From Balanoglossus misakiensis (lineage: Eukaryota > Animalia > Hemichordata): 64,000 nucleotides of DNA. The notes under the pieces were generated by a model. That model was given only the letters and a program-made list of their open reading frames with translations. It was not told the DNA's origin and did no database searches. The position numbers and the translations under genes are program-made. Positions 51,795 through 64,000 of this stretch are shown in pieces (position 1 is the first letter of the stretch; each line of letters begins with the position of its first letter). The stretch is from assembly GCA_040954595.2 (NCBI GenBank), contig CM082586.2, forward strand, positions 7,285,337-7,349,336. The letters run 5' to 3'.

Positions 51795-54700
51795 ATGGTA
51801 AGTGTTGTCAAACTTTTGGTGGTTATTTCGTTTACAGGCAAACATCGGTTTTCGTACAAGGTGTACCTGTTACTTGTAAACGTCTTAAGGACTTGGAGAA
51901 CGTTTGGTAACTCGAAGATTTCTTAGTAGAGTTAATGACGACTCCTTGCTTCTGCAAGGGTCGACACCGGTCTTGTGACTTTATTTACGATGTACGTATG
52001 TTATTGACTAAGTCACTCCCTGCTGTGATCTCCGAGCCATTTCACGAGGAACGTCTCATTTACACCAGTGGTCACACTTAGCAAACCTTCCCAGTTGTAT
52101 GTAGTCGCTGTCAGTCGCCTGTTATTCGTAAATATTGCCTGTCCCGATAATACAGCAACCAGTTTCACTGGACTTTTGTCCTCGAGACCAGTCGGACGTG
52201 ACGACATCGCACATGACTTCCACGCGCGTGGAGGGTCTGTATTTATTTCGACTATCAGGTGTCAGGAATCCTTAGCTTAAAACCTTAAGTTTGTCCAAAA
52301 TGTGTGGATAGACTAGAATGGAATCGTGAAATACATGGGAATAATGATATCGATAATTAAAACAATAACAGAGATTTAGTTATCAATTTCATAACTGACC
52401 TCAAATGACCTTGTAGATTCTTGTCACTTTCAGTGTTGTTAATGTTGCGTGTAGTTGGTTATATCGCATACGATAGAAGAATTTTGCGCCTTTCTGACTG
52501 TGGAAACCTGGCCTGTAACCCCTAGTTTTATGTCGTGTTGACATATTGCATCATGTAATGTCCCAACATTTGTTTTCTTGTTTGCATTCCTGCAGTCTTA
52601 CGATGAAGAGGACTTTGGTGGTGGCTACAGTGTAGTGGGTTCATTTCCGAAAGACTTTGGATATGGGCCGGACGACAGCGAAACAGATGGCGCTGCAGCC
52701 TCGCCGGATAGCAAGCCCAGAATATTACTGATGGGACTTCGGCGGTAAGTCTTGCTGTGTTTTTGTCCACGTTGGTTGTCAGTAGAATTTATAACACACC
52801 ATGCAGCGAACCCTCGATCTTGATTCGTCAATACGACGTCACGTGACCTTAGTCATTTCGAACTGTTGCCTTGGGCATCAGTTCGATCGGTTTGGTGTGT
52901 TATAAAACACATGATGGCTGACATATTCGGGCAACAGTGTATTTTTAATGACCTCGGGACTGCCAGTCACACCAAAACAGTCTGTTTTCCCTCGGGCTAT
53001 GCCCTCGGGAAAACAAGACTGTTTTAGTTGTGACTAGCAGCACCCTCGGTCATCAAAATACACTGTTGCCCTCATTGTCAGTCATCATGTGTATACTAGT
53101 GCACAATCTGAGGGGTGGAATTCACCTCAACTTGGTTTGGTTTGAATCTCAGAACAAAGAGCATTTTCTGTGGGTACACCATGTCATTATATTGGCCATA
53201 ATATTTTCTGCTTTTTGCGTTTGCTCGCAGGAGTGGGAAGTCGTCCATCCAAAAAGTGGTGTTTCACAAGATGTCACCTAACGAAACTTTATTCCTGGAG
53301 AGTACAAATAAAATTGTCAAAGATGGTAAGTCAATTTTTACCCGATTACTCACACAGAACATTTTTTACTCAGTGAGTCTCACTTTGAAAATTACTTGAT
53401 TTCCATTGCTATTGAAAGCAATGTGCCAGGATAATATTTTACTTTCATTGACCAGTGAGCAACTCAGAAGAGTGTTATCTGTTTGCTGTAACAAACTGAT
53501 AATGTTCATTGTCTCTTTCCTTTCAGACATCAACAACAGTTCCTTCGTTCAGTTTCAAATCTGGGACTTTCCTGGCCAGATCGATTTCTTTGATCCGACC
53601 TTTGATTCCGAAATGATCTTCGGTGGCTGCGGGGCTCTCATATTTGTCATCGATGCACAGGTGAGTATTATTGTGCCAAATTTGAATTCAAGTCTGGACT
53701 AGAATTCATTTGTCAACAATAACAATGGCTGTTACATACAAACAGCAATGTTGACAAGTGGGGTACTGGGTATATTAACATGCTGTTTGGACCAGAGCAA
53801 AAAAATGCACTTGGTATACAGAACAAAAATACTCAAAATAAAGCCAAAAGTTACAGCTAATGTCCCATTAACCCTAATTCTACTGGGTGTCATACCTGTT
53901 TAGAGTGTCAAGTCCCTGAAAATATGTATTTGCCACTTTTTCTTCTAAAACGTATTTTGACTGTCTTGACATGGCTCTCATACGTACTTAGACACACTTG
54001 GCAGTCTGAGCCCCCTGTAAAATGTACCAAATCGCACTGGTTTGCTCTGTATTGGTCTGAGGGTCTTGTATAGGCCCTACTGATTAACACGCACTTGGCA
54101 GTCTAACAGGCCTGGGAACAAGGATTCTAGGCACCCTGGAAATCAAACCAGTTTCAACTGACTTGGCAGCGTTAGGGATATACTTGGTGAACCAGTTGTG
54201 CCCTTGTGTGATCATGATCTAACGTGACATTACTCTCAACAGGATGACTATATGGACGCCCTCGCCAAACTTCACATGACAGTCTCGCGGGCCTACAAGG
54301 TCAACCCCAACATCAAGTTTGAAGTCTTCATCCACAAGGTGGACGGCCTGTCGGACGATCACAAGATCGAAACGCAGCGCGACATCCATCAACGGGCCAC
54401 AGATGAGTTGGCTGATAACGGGTTGGGCGGGGTTCATCTTAGGTGAGTGGTTAGACCCTGAGGTTTGTGAAACTAACCTTTGGTGTCATCAACTCTTTGT
54501 TGTGATGTACGGTACTTTGTTGGTTGTCTGTATTCTACTGCATTGTTTTGTGTTTGTCTTTGCAACTGGCCATCATGTACAAATGATATGATCACAATTA
54601 GTTTATTCAGTGAAATAAAAAAAATATTGTTGATGAATATTAGACAAGACCTTGCAATGTACAGACTATGCAAATGAGATCCTCTCATTCTAGTCCTTGT

Positions 54701-56716
54701 GATTATTCCTATGGTGATTATATTTCCTATGTGGTTCCGGAAAGTCAAATATTGTATACTTTTACTTCTGTGTTGCAGTTTTTACCTGACTAGTATCTAC
54801 GACCACTCAATATTTGAAGCCTTCAGCAAAGTTGTACAGAAGCTGATCCCGCAGTTGCCAACCTTAGAGAACCTCCTCAACATCCTCATTTCTGTAAGTT
54901 CACCCTTTTTTACGTTTATCAAGAAATTCAAATCACGATGGTGTATATCATGTGTCTGGTTGTGAAAGAAAGGGGTTTATATCTCATGCCGGTATGGATT
55001 ATAGTACATATTTGTGCCTGTGTTTATAGTGACTGTTAGAATTCTGGCTGCCTTAAAATAGGTTTTCACTTTGCGCTAAGGGGTCAAATCACATTGCATT
55101 CTGGTCGAAAAGTCGACAACCCACTTTAGTAACTAAGAGATATATGTTTACTGTATTTCATTACTTCCTTTGGTCAAACATGTCTGTCTTTGTAGTTACC
55201 ATATTAAACTCATTAAACTTTTTTCACATTTTGTTATTTTTTCTGTTAAGTTTCAGAATGACCCATCATCACTTTAGCTTATGAACTCCTATTCATTAAA
55301 CATGGCAAAAATCGGCCATCTTGAAATTGTGTCGACCATGTGAGATTTTTATCACCCACCTAGGTAGCCAAAAACCTATTTAAGGTCGGGAGATTTGATA
55401 TACATTTTTTACTTCTTCATCAGAATTCAGGAATAGAGAAAGCCTTTTTATTCGATGTTGTCAGCAAAATCTACATAGCAACAGATGGTTCCCCTGTGGA
55501 TATGCAGTCGTATGAGTTGTGCTGTGATATGATTGATGTTGTCATTGATGTCTCCTGTATTTATGGGTGAGTATACGTCGGGTCCGTTGAACTCCATCAT
55601 TCAGGGTACGGTTTTGGTATTCAGTCTGCTGTGAAGTTGTAGATGGGGGAGTCTCATGGATAAAAGTTGTTTGTGATGAAATGTAGACTGTGGAGAAACC
55701 ATGTGTCTTGCATGTGCTTGACATGTGGCAAACATGTGATGGACACTTTCATATCATGTGATGGGCATGCATAAACCATGTGGCCTAGAAATGGCTGGAA
55801 TAAGATGGCAGATCTCACAAAAATCGAGTTGTTCACTTGCCTCATGTGTACACTAATCTTTTGCGAAAAGTTGAATCACCACAAGTTGTTTATATGGGGT
55901 GACATCTCCGAAGCTAATTCCTGATGTTTCATTTCTCGACAGGTTGAGGGAAGAAAACGAGGGCAGTGCGTATGACTCAGAATCGAGCTCCATTATAAAA
56001 CTTAACAATGCAACGATACTTTACCTTCGAGAAGTGAATAGGTTCTTAGCGTTAGTGTGTATTCTCAGAGAAGATAATTTTGACAGACATGGTGAGTTGT
56101 AATGGCATCTTTGATTTTAACTTAACCCTAATGCTACTGGGTCCCATACCTGATACAGTGTCAAGTCCCTTAAAATAAGTATTTGCCACTTTTTCTTCTA
56201 AAACGTATTTTGACTGTCTTGACATGGCTCTCATACGTACTTAGACACACTTGGCAGTCTGAGCCCCTTGTAAAATATACCAAATCGCGCTGGTTTGCAC
56301 TGTATTGGTCTGAGGGTCTTGTATAGGCCCTACTGAGTAACACGCACTTGGCAGTCTAACAGGCCTGGGAGACAGGATTCTAGGCACCCTGGAAATCAAA
56401 CCAGTTTCAACTGACTTGGCAGCGTTAGGGTTAATGCTTTCATTGAATTATGCTGTGTATTATCTACTCATGCAATTCCATCCTCCAGTTGAATTACACT
56501 TGGTCTTGAAACACCATCCTTCTCTGTGCTCTTTCCACAGGTCTGATAGACTACAATTTCCACTGTTTTAAAAATGCAATCCAGGAGGTCTTCGAAGTCA
56601 GGCTCCGATCGCAGCAGGGCATGTTGACGTCGTCGCAGCAAGCCAGCAGCCCGCAAGACAGCGCGGGTGGGTTGCAGACTAATGGTATGGTCACACCCCC
56701 AACTAAACCCGTCTAA
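51795..56716 (+). CDS. RRAGC: Ras-related GTP-binding protein C/D (RagC/RagD, mTORC1 amino-acid sensing), about 387 aa
   Basis: Exons 51795-51797 (ATG only), 52596-52744, 53231-53325, 53527-53660, 54243-54442, 54779-54893, 55424-55566, 55943-56091 and 56541-56716; 1164 nt in frame. Motifs: [78 protein letters not shown]. An invertebrate gene would be co-orthologous to RRAGC and RRAGD. Confidence 0.97.
52838..52847. promoter_or_regulatory. Perfect CLEAR motif (GTCACGTGAC), candidate TFEB/MITF site in Rag intron 2
   Basis: Exact 10-bp palindrome overlapping a GACGTCA CRE-like site; function is inferred. Confidence 0.5.
52907..53092. mobile_element. Near-fully palindromic foldback element in Rag intron 2
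   Basis: ACACATGATGGCTGACA...GGGCAACAGTGTATTTT pairs with AAAATACACTGTTGCCC...TGTCAGTCATCATGTGT; centre GGGCTATGCCC. Confidence 0.72.
53684..53789. repeat. Dispersed repeat fragment, second copy at about 60131-60249
   Basis: Shared GGACTAGAATTCATTTGTCAACAATAACAATGGC...TGTTGACAAGTGG. Confidence 0.7.
53872..54177. mobile_element. About 305-bp piggyBac-like MITE (family P2) in Rag intron 4
   Basis: TTAA|CCCTAA...GCGTTAGGG; highly similar to 56126-56430. Confidence 0.8.
56126..56430. mobile_element. Family P2 MITE in Rag intron 8
   Basis: TTAA|CCCTAATGCT...GCAGCGTTAGGG|TTAA. Confidence 0.83.
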
Positions 56717-56879
56717 ATGTTGTCACACTTCAGCGCACTGTTTACAGCTTAGGTTAGTAGTCTGGTGTCATGACATCGCTGGAACCCATCCCCTCCCGTC
56801 CCATCCCACCCCCGCAAATAAAATGGAATGTGCAGACTGCATGGTGATACTGCCTTAGGTTCTCATAACTTGTTGAAAA

Positions 56880-57091
56880 TACTGTAAAACACTTTATTTT
56901 CGCGAGCAATAAATTTTTCGCGAAATACACGAGAGCAAAAAATAGCGTGAAAATAAAGTCGCTTAAATTTTTTTTGAAGATAACGATGCAGTGAATGAAA
57001 TAAGAGAACGCGAAAATTAATACTCGCGAAACAGTGGCCTCTCTAGATATTGCGAAAATTTCAACTAGCGAAAATAAAGTGTTTTGCAGTA
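56880..57091. mobile_element. Family M1 MITE in the probable Rag 3' UTR
   Basis: TA|CTGTAAAACAC...GTGTTTTGCAG|TA; reverse complement of 42893-43096. Confidence 0.8.
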
Positions 57092-58990
57092 TTCAACATT
57101 AAATAAGAACTTGTAGAAGCCCCATCTGACACCATTATGCAACCATATGTTTGATTTATATATATATATTTAAAAACAGTAATCTGAAGTCAATATTTTT
57201 TCTACAATTTTGTTCGGTCGTTTTTGATATGGCACATTAATTGTGACCCCGTGATGGTTATAGCCCTGTTATACATTAGATGCTTCAAAGCATACATCAA
57301 AATTAATATTTCTGTGAGTGTTTGTGTCATCACTTGACGAGCTAATTTAAGCTCTTATTTTTCTCTTCACGACATGTTATGTAGTGAATATACTGTGATA
57401 TTTTTAGCAGGATTAACAGAGTCACCAATTTCTTGTTTTTCCACACAGCCGCACAAAAATCCGTACCCGTGTAGGCCCTGTCAAGTGCCTCTTTCCTGCG
57501 AGGAAATATGTCATCAACAACTGCTTGAGAATGTGTGGAGAAGAGAGCAACATACTCATGACTGGCCTTCAGTGTGGTGCACCCCCTTCAGTGCGCGGAC
57601 CAAATCTCAACAATGCTGGGATTTCTACTCTTTTGTACATATATATATTTCCCAGAACACCCCTAGACCTGTATAGGGACTGAGAGAGTGACAGATAGGC
57701 TATTTGAAGCCTTCTATGTATTTGTATTTGTTTCCAAGGCAACCTAACCAGTGTAGCTTGGAGTTGTGCAGTTCAAAGGTCAGCCTGGTAGCTGACATCA
57801 ATTTTGTACTCCCACACTTTTTATTAATTATTTTGAACGTAACCTGTTATTTGGTGGGAAGAGGGGGCAGTAGACTTCTCACCTATGTGGGAATTATCTT
57901 GTCTGTAACCTTTATTAGCACTGTGATGTCCAAGAATGGGTTTTGTAAAAATTTTGCTATTGTGAGTGGCACTCTGATCGAGTCGCCATAAAATATTTTT
58001 TTTTTCATTTTCTGGTGAAGGAATTTTACTGCATAACTTTGTAGGGTCAATGAACAACACATATTTTGCAAGTGGTCTTGAACGATGTGGTACATTGGAT
58101 TGTACTCCAAGTACTACCCATGGCATGCAAAAATCGGAGCATTTGGAAGAAAGAGGAATTGAAGGAAAGAAATAATTAGTCCTACCAAGAGAGGGCTGTG
58201 TCATACACTCGCCTGTATATCAAAATGCCGAATAGTGGATTTAAAAAAAAAGAATAATTGGTCCCAACAAGAGAGGGCGCTGTTACACGCTTCCTTGTAC
58301 ACCACTTTTCTGTGCACCACGAGGCATTCAAAATCTTGGTTGGCTGGTTGTGGTGCGTGTGGCACAGGGCAAACAGTCCTTCATTCTCGAGTTTCAAATT
58401 AAATTATACAACAGTTAATACAGAGCTTGACTTATTCCACTATCGGTTACTTTTAAACATTCTGGTCTTGTGAAATCTTGCAGTGAACACAAAACATTGC
58501 TTATAATTAAACCCTCATATTGTGATAGATATTTTTTATCATGTAAGAAAGTATTTTTGTGAAATTCATATGCTGCGTGATTAGGGAAAAATGCAGCACA
58601 GGAAAATGTAAACTTACCACAGAACCATGCTATATGTCATCATATTCATAGCTTGAGAAATCACATGACAGTTTTTGGTTCATATGCAAATTAACTAACA
58701 GCTGATGTGTATTTCATTTTGAATCATATTAAATAATGATTATAAAAAAGTAGCTTTTTTGCAGTATTTATTCTGAATGTCATTCCATCAGTCATGAATA
58801 TAGACAACTACATCTTTGAATGAGAGGGCAGAGTACCTTTCTTGAAGGAAAACGCTGTAGTATTCATTTTTACAGGCCATTTAGGAATCCCTGTCGTCTC
58901 TCTTAAAATACTGGTAACCGGACTCGAGAAAGTAATTTCTTGAATACGCTATTTAAATCAACTGAACATGGTTGTCATTTACACAAATAT

Positions 58991-59044
58991 TAGCCCGGAG
59001 ACCAGGGCGTCGATCTTTTCCCCGATGCCCTGGTCTCCGGGCTA
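58991..59044. mobile_element. 54-bp hairpin micro-MITE with 9-bp TSD
   Basis: 22-bp arms (TAGCCCGGAGACCAGGGCGTCG / CGATGCCCTGGTCTCCGGGCTA, one mismatch) around a 10-nt loop. CACAAATAT is repeated at 58982-58990 and 59045-59053. Confidence 0.85.
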
Positions 59045-59240
59045 CACAAATATAGTCACCTGTTCTTGGTGTATACTTTGCACTCTGGTTAACCTATTGG
59101 GCCTGGCCTACTGGGTTATCAGTGTCATCAAAATGGCATTAGCAGTTATAACATTTTGAAAAGTATTCACGCAGTGTTTGTGCAATTTCTGGTTGTGTCT
59201 GCCTCGTGTGTTTCTGCAAATCACCCCGTGTTTCTACATA

Positions 59241-62239
59241 ATGTCTGCTCAAAACGTGGATCTCTATGACCTGTGTATTGTAGGCGCTGGTCTGATCGGT
59301 TCGGCGGCCGCCAGACACGCAACTCTTATTTCACCGGACTCCCGGGTCATTCTTGTCGGACCAAAGGAACCCAAGGTGAGAGCTGGCGTAGCTACCCCAG
59401 TTTTGAGAAAGTGTATTTAATTAACCAGCGCATTTAAATTCTAACCTGCATGGGCTCAGCCTTATAAGGTCTGAGCCGGTGCGAAAATGATACGGAATTT
59501 GCTGTGGGGGGGGGGGGGGGGTCAAGTTTGGCAAAATTCAGAAACTAACGACACTGCCTGGTTATCATGAATTATTGAACTGGTAGTAAAATTTGTAGAG
59601 TTGATTTATTTGTTTCGTTGTGCTTTTGTTGATGGTGTGATTGGTTGGTCGGCAGAGATAAGAGGACAGAGTATAAAAAAGAGAAACGGGCCATGTTTCA
59701 TCACTTTTTGTGGGTCTGTGTATCAAGTGAATTTTCTCGTTATTTCCCTTCTAAAGTTACGAAACGTGTGATGATCTTTCAGGATCGACTCGAGTGCAAT
59801 CACGGCATTTTCGGGGCCCACTTCGACGAGGCACGAATCACAAGGACATTAGAGTCAGATCCGGTCTGGGCAGAGTTAACCAAAAGATCGGTTGAACGCT
59901 ACAGGGAAATAGAGATGAAATCGGGTAATTAGACACCTCAATTTAATGTCATACCGTTATTTCATTCAAGTTCCGCATTAGCTGTAACTTTTCACTGTGA
60001 TTTTAATGGTTTTGTTTGTGTATCTACGGCAGATTTTTGATCCAATTCATGAGTGATGATGATGAAACGCCCAGCATTTACCTTAGCATCACAACATGTG
60101 TATAATCAGCATTGTTATTGTGCGACATTCGAATTGAAGTCCGGACTAGAATTCATTTGTCAACAATAACAATGGCCGTTACACATCGCATACAGGCTGT
60201 GTTGACAAGTGGTGTACATGTGTACTTGGTATATTAGCATGATGTTTGGCGTACAGCAAGACGTTCACCTTTTATACTCGAATTTCTCTCAATACAGGTG
60301 TGAAGTTCTTTACCGATGTTGGTTTTATGGCAGTCTTTGTAAAGAACAGTATCCTGGGGCGAAAAGCAAAGCAGAATGTCCAAGATCTGGACACAGTGGT
60401 CCAAATACTGACCAAGAGCGAAGTTGCTCAACAATTCCCGTTTCTGTCAATCAACGACGACAGCGAGGCGGTCTTGGAGATCAGAGACGCCGGCATCGTC
60501 AACCCGCGAGCACAGATCGGCGCGCAGCAAAAGCTGGCGCGACGGCAAGGCTGCGACGTCATTGATGACGTGGTCGACAGGGTGGCCGAGTTGGTCGGGG
60601 TTCCGAAACGCATGAAGGTCACCACAGCCAGTGGTCGGGAGATCTTCGCCAGAAGGGTGCTGCTGACCACCGGAGCGTTCACGGGATTCAGAGACCTGCT
60701 TCCGCCGGGGAAGACACTGGACACCAAATTGGCCAGCTTCACGGCTGTCTTGGTCGAGATCAGCGCGACGGACGCAGCGCGACTGAAAGATATGCCGTCA
60801 GTCTTGGTGTACACCGATGATGAACCACGTCGCCATAACAGCATCTTACCGCCAGTTAAATATCCAAACGGTATGTGTTTGTAAATTCTCAGCATTTTAT
60901 AGTAGTCAAATACAGTCAAGTCTGTCTAAGCGGCCAGTCAAGGATATTTACTAAATTGGCCTTTACAGACAGGTGATCTTAATATCTATATGCATATGCA
61001 AATGGTAGCAGAAGCAGTGAAACAGTGCAGTAAATGATTACATTTTCAAATGCTTTACATATCTATCAAAGTATGGAATTTGCCTTATACACAACCATGT
61101 GTCTGTAAATTAGCAAATGTGGACAAAGTTGTAGGAGGTTCCACATGATCAAACATGGAACTTTTGTATCATTTACCACGTACTTTGCCAATTAACCCAT
61201 GTAAATCCAACTTTTTGTAGACAGTGATATATAGACCCACATATCGCTTACTTCAAAGCACGCCGTAGTAGCCACCCTAATTATGAAAGAACAGCATGAG
61301 AAGTATCATGGCTTTCACTAAGAGGCACATTTCACCGTCTTGTCGCCCTGAAGGTAAATACTACTTGAAACTTGGCCAAGGTGCAGAGCACGAGAGGGAA
61401 CTGAAGACCGCGGGAGAAGTCGCTAAATGGTACATCACAAGAGGCGATTCCAACTTGTACCGGGCTCTCTCCAATAAGCTGTTAAGTGTAGTTAAAGGTA
61501 TAGACACTGCGATTGAAGCCAACCTATGAAAAATAGTTCTCTTATATCACCCTTTGTACTTTTGACATATATAGTGAAAGCGTTTCCATTGAGCCGCTTT
61601 GTACTGATTGACAGCTGATTGCTGTTTTGATTATTGTCATGCCAACCATACGTCTGACACCATACGTTTGGCTGACAAAACATCAATCGATGCTTCTCGC
61701 ATATTGATTAAAATCACCACTTGCGTCAGAGAATCTGATTCTGTTCGCATGAGGAGTTTGCATTGTGTCTTTCATGACCACGGAATATGAATCCGTCATA
61801 TTGGAGAAATTAAATTCATTCCTGCATTTGTCTGTCCTATTGTGTCTTACTCTGGTTTAACGCGTCTGAAATTAATTTAAAGGAAATCCTACGTCTCTGG
61901 TATAGTTCAGTAAGTACCATGATGAAAATAATGTAAAAAGTGGCTGTTTTGTTACCGAATCATGTTTCCTTCTCCTATATATTTTCACCCGTAGGCGTCA
62001 CGCCGTTATCTGTTCACGGGGACGGCTGCGTGCTCACGCGCACACCCACGGGTCAGCTCTACTGCGACCTGGTGACCCCGTCGCTCGGAGTGATCGTCGG
62101 AGGGAATGGGCTAGCGGCCAAGTCGGCTGACGAGATCGGAAGAATGGGCGCCAGAATGATCATCGCTGGCAACTGGGACCACCATCTACCGCGAGAAAAG
62201 TTTACAGCAAGGTTTAAAGTCGACACGTCCAAACTTTAA
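59241..62239 (+). CDS. FAD-dependent oxidoreductase, sarcosine oxidase/DAO-like family, about 412 aa, C-terminal PTS1 (SKL)
   Basis: Exons 59241-59375, 59783-59924, 60298-60870, 61354-61497 and 61995-62239; 1239 nt in frame. N-terminal Rossmann motif DLCIVGAGLIGSAAA, HFDEARITR, VLLTTGAF, YYLKLG, GCVLTRTP, GGNGLAAKSADEIGR; ends ...DTSKL*. Confidence 0.9.
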
Positions 62240-63442
62240 AGGGCGGGTGTCGTCCCGTCTGCGGCTGCGCATGCGGCGAACAAAGCACATCAGACACAGA
62301 ATGCATCTGCTATCTAATCGTCTTGTTTTGAGAGACAGGCTGTTTTTTTATCTCATTGATGTTATTTTAATAAAAAAGTACTTGCGAACAGCTTAGCAAT
62401 TAATCCCGGCTAAATCGTCTTCCGAGGAGAGCAATAAATATAATAATGAATTATATTGTCATAAAAACACGCTTTTGGATTAAGCGGATAATCAAATATA
62501 CTTTAATCCCAATTGCCGAATGGATTCCAATTTTTATTTAAAAAAGACCGATCTCGTTTTGATTAATCCCTGCGCTCTAATGAAAAACGTGTGGTTTGAT
62601 TGAGTGAATTACAGAAGTTTTTGTGGGACAAGGTTACATAGACGCTTTAATTCTAAAATAATTGCACAGTGGAAAAGCCAGACCAGCCTACTCCCTTGTC
62701 GTGCGGTCAGATGTGGAAAATACCGGGACAGAGCAGTACCTCTATGATATTATATATATTAAGAAAATTACACGTTGTATGAACCTCGGAGACAAATTTC
62801 CAGAAAATTTAATGTTCTCCAAACATCCAAGTTCTTTACTATTAATATTAAAGTGTCTAGGGACTCTTTTTGAGAACATGGTGTTCCTCACCGTCTTATC
62901 TTCATTGAAAAAAAACATTGCTTTATATTTAATTCTCCATAGAGTTAACACAGAAATTTTCGGCCATTTTGAATTTCAAATTTGAGACAATTTTGCTCTC
63001 TTTTTCAAAATTATGCAGGGTGACTCCAAATTCGTATTCTCAACTTTCAAAGAGAATAACATAAAATTACCGCGAGCAAAATATGAGAGAGAGAACGTTT
63101 ATGTACCGCCTATCTTCACCGTCGACATACACGCGTGTAACATCCGGTATGTATATTAATCTCTAGCTGTATTCATTCACTGATTTGCATATTTATCAGA
63201 TATATATTCCCTGAATGACACGTGAGTGACAGACATCCGTGCGATTGTCGAACTCAAACAACACTGAAGCCATTCGTTGTCATATACTCAGTTAACGACA
63301 CACACGACTAACAGGTAAGATTTTATTCATCAAGATATCAATTCCATTCTTGGTAAGTTGCATTTTAAGAAATACTTAACGGTCACTGAATGTAAAATTT
63401 ACTTCGGTAAAATTGAAAGGGTTCTTTGCTTCCTTATCTTAA

Positions 63443-64000
<558 letters not shown>

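Noticed and set aside
53868-53877. TAACCCTAA / TTAGGG read as telomeric repeats
   Set aside because: Single units that form the TTAA TSD plus the termini of the P2 MITE.
60428-60919. 163-aa minus-strand ORF
   Set aside because: Antisense shadow of the oxidoreductase exon.

Overview
This is intron-rich, AT-rich animal genomic DNA, not prokaryotic. The gene style suggests a marine invertebrate, possibly a deuterostome, but the species cannot be fixed from the sequence. Six spliced genes were assembled by hand from GT-AG signals and frame continuity: (1-2) a head-to-head pair of secreted C-type lectin paralogues, the first running off the left edge; (3) a 14-exon TMCC-family ER protein gene on the minus strand (10444-50229, about 607 aa); (4) a RagC/D GTPase gene divergent from it (51795-56716, about 387 aa); (5) a sarcosine-oxidase-like flavoprotein ending in the peroxisomal signal SKL (59241-62239, about 412 aa); (6) the start of a divergent GDP-L-fucose synthase-like gene (63479 to the window end). 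Introns carry many small non-autonomous DNA transposons. The most notable structures are a 426-bp TAG...CTA element inserted, inverted, into an apparently identical copy of itself, each with its own 9-bp target-site duplication, inside the TMCC/Rag bidirectional promoter; a 54-bp element with the same terminal signature; CLEAR/M-box sites at the Rag gene; and lectin paralogues whose intron is more conserved than the sugar-binding exon. I cannot support a wholly new biological system from this sequence alone. Most ORFs in the supplied track are spurious.
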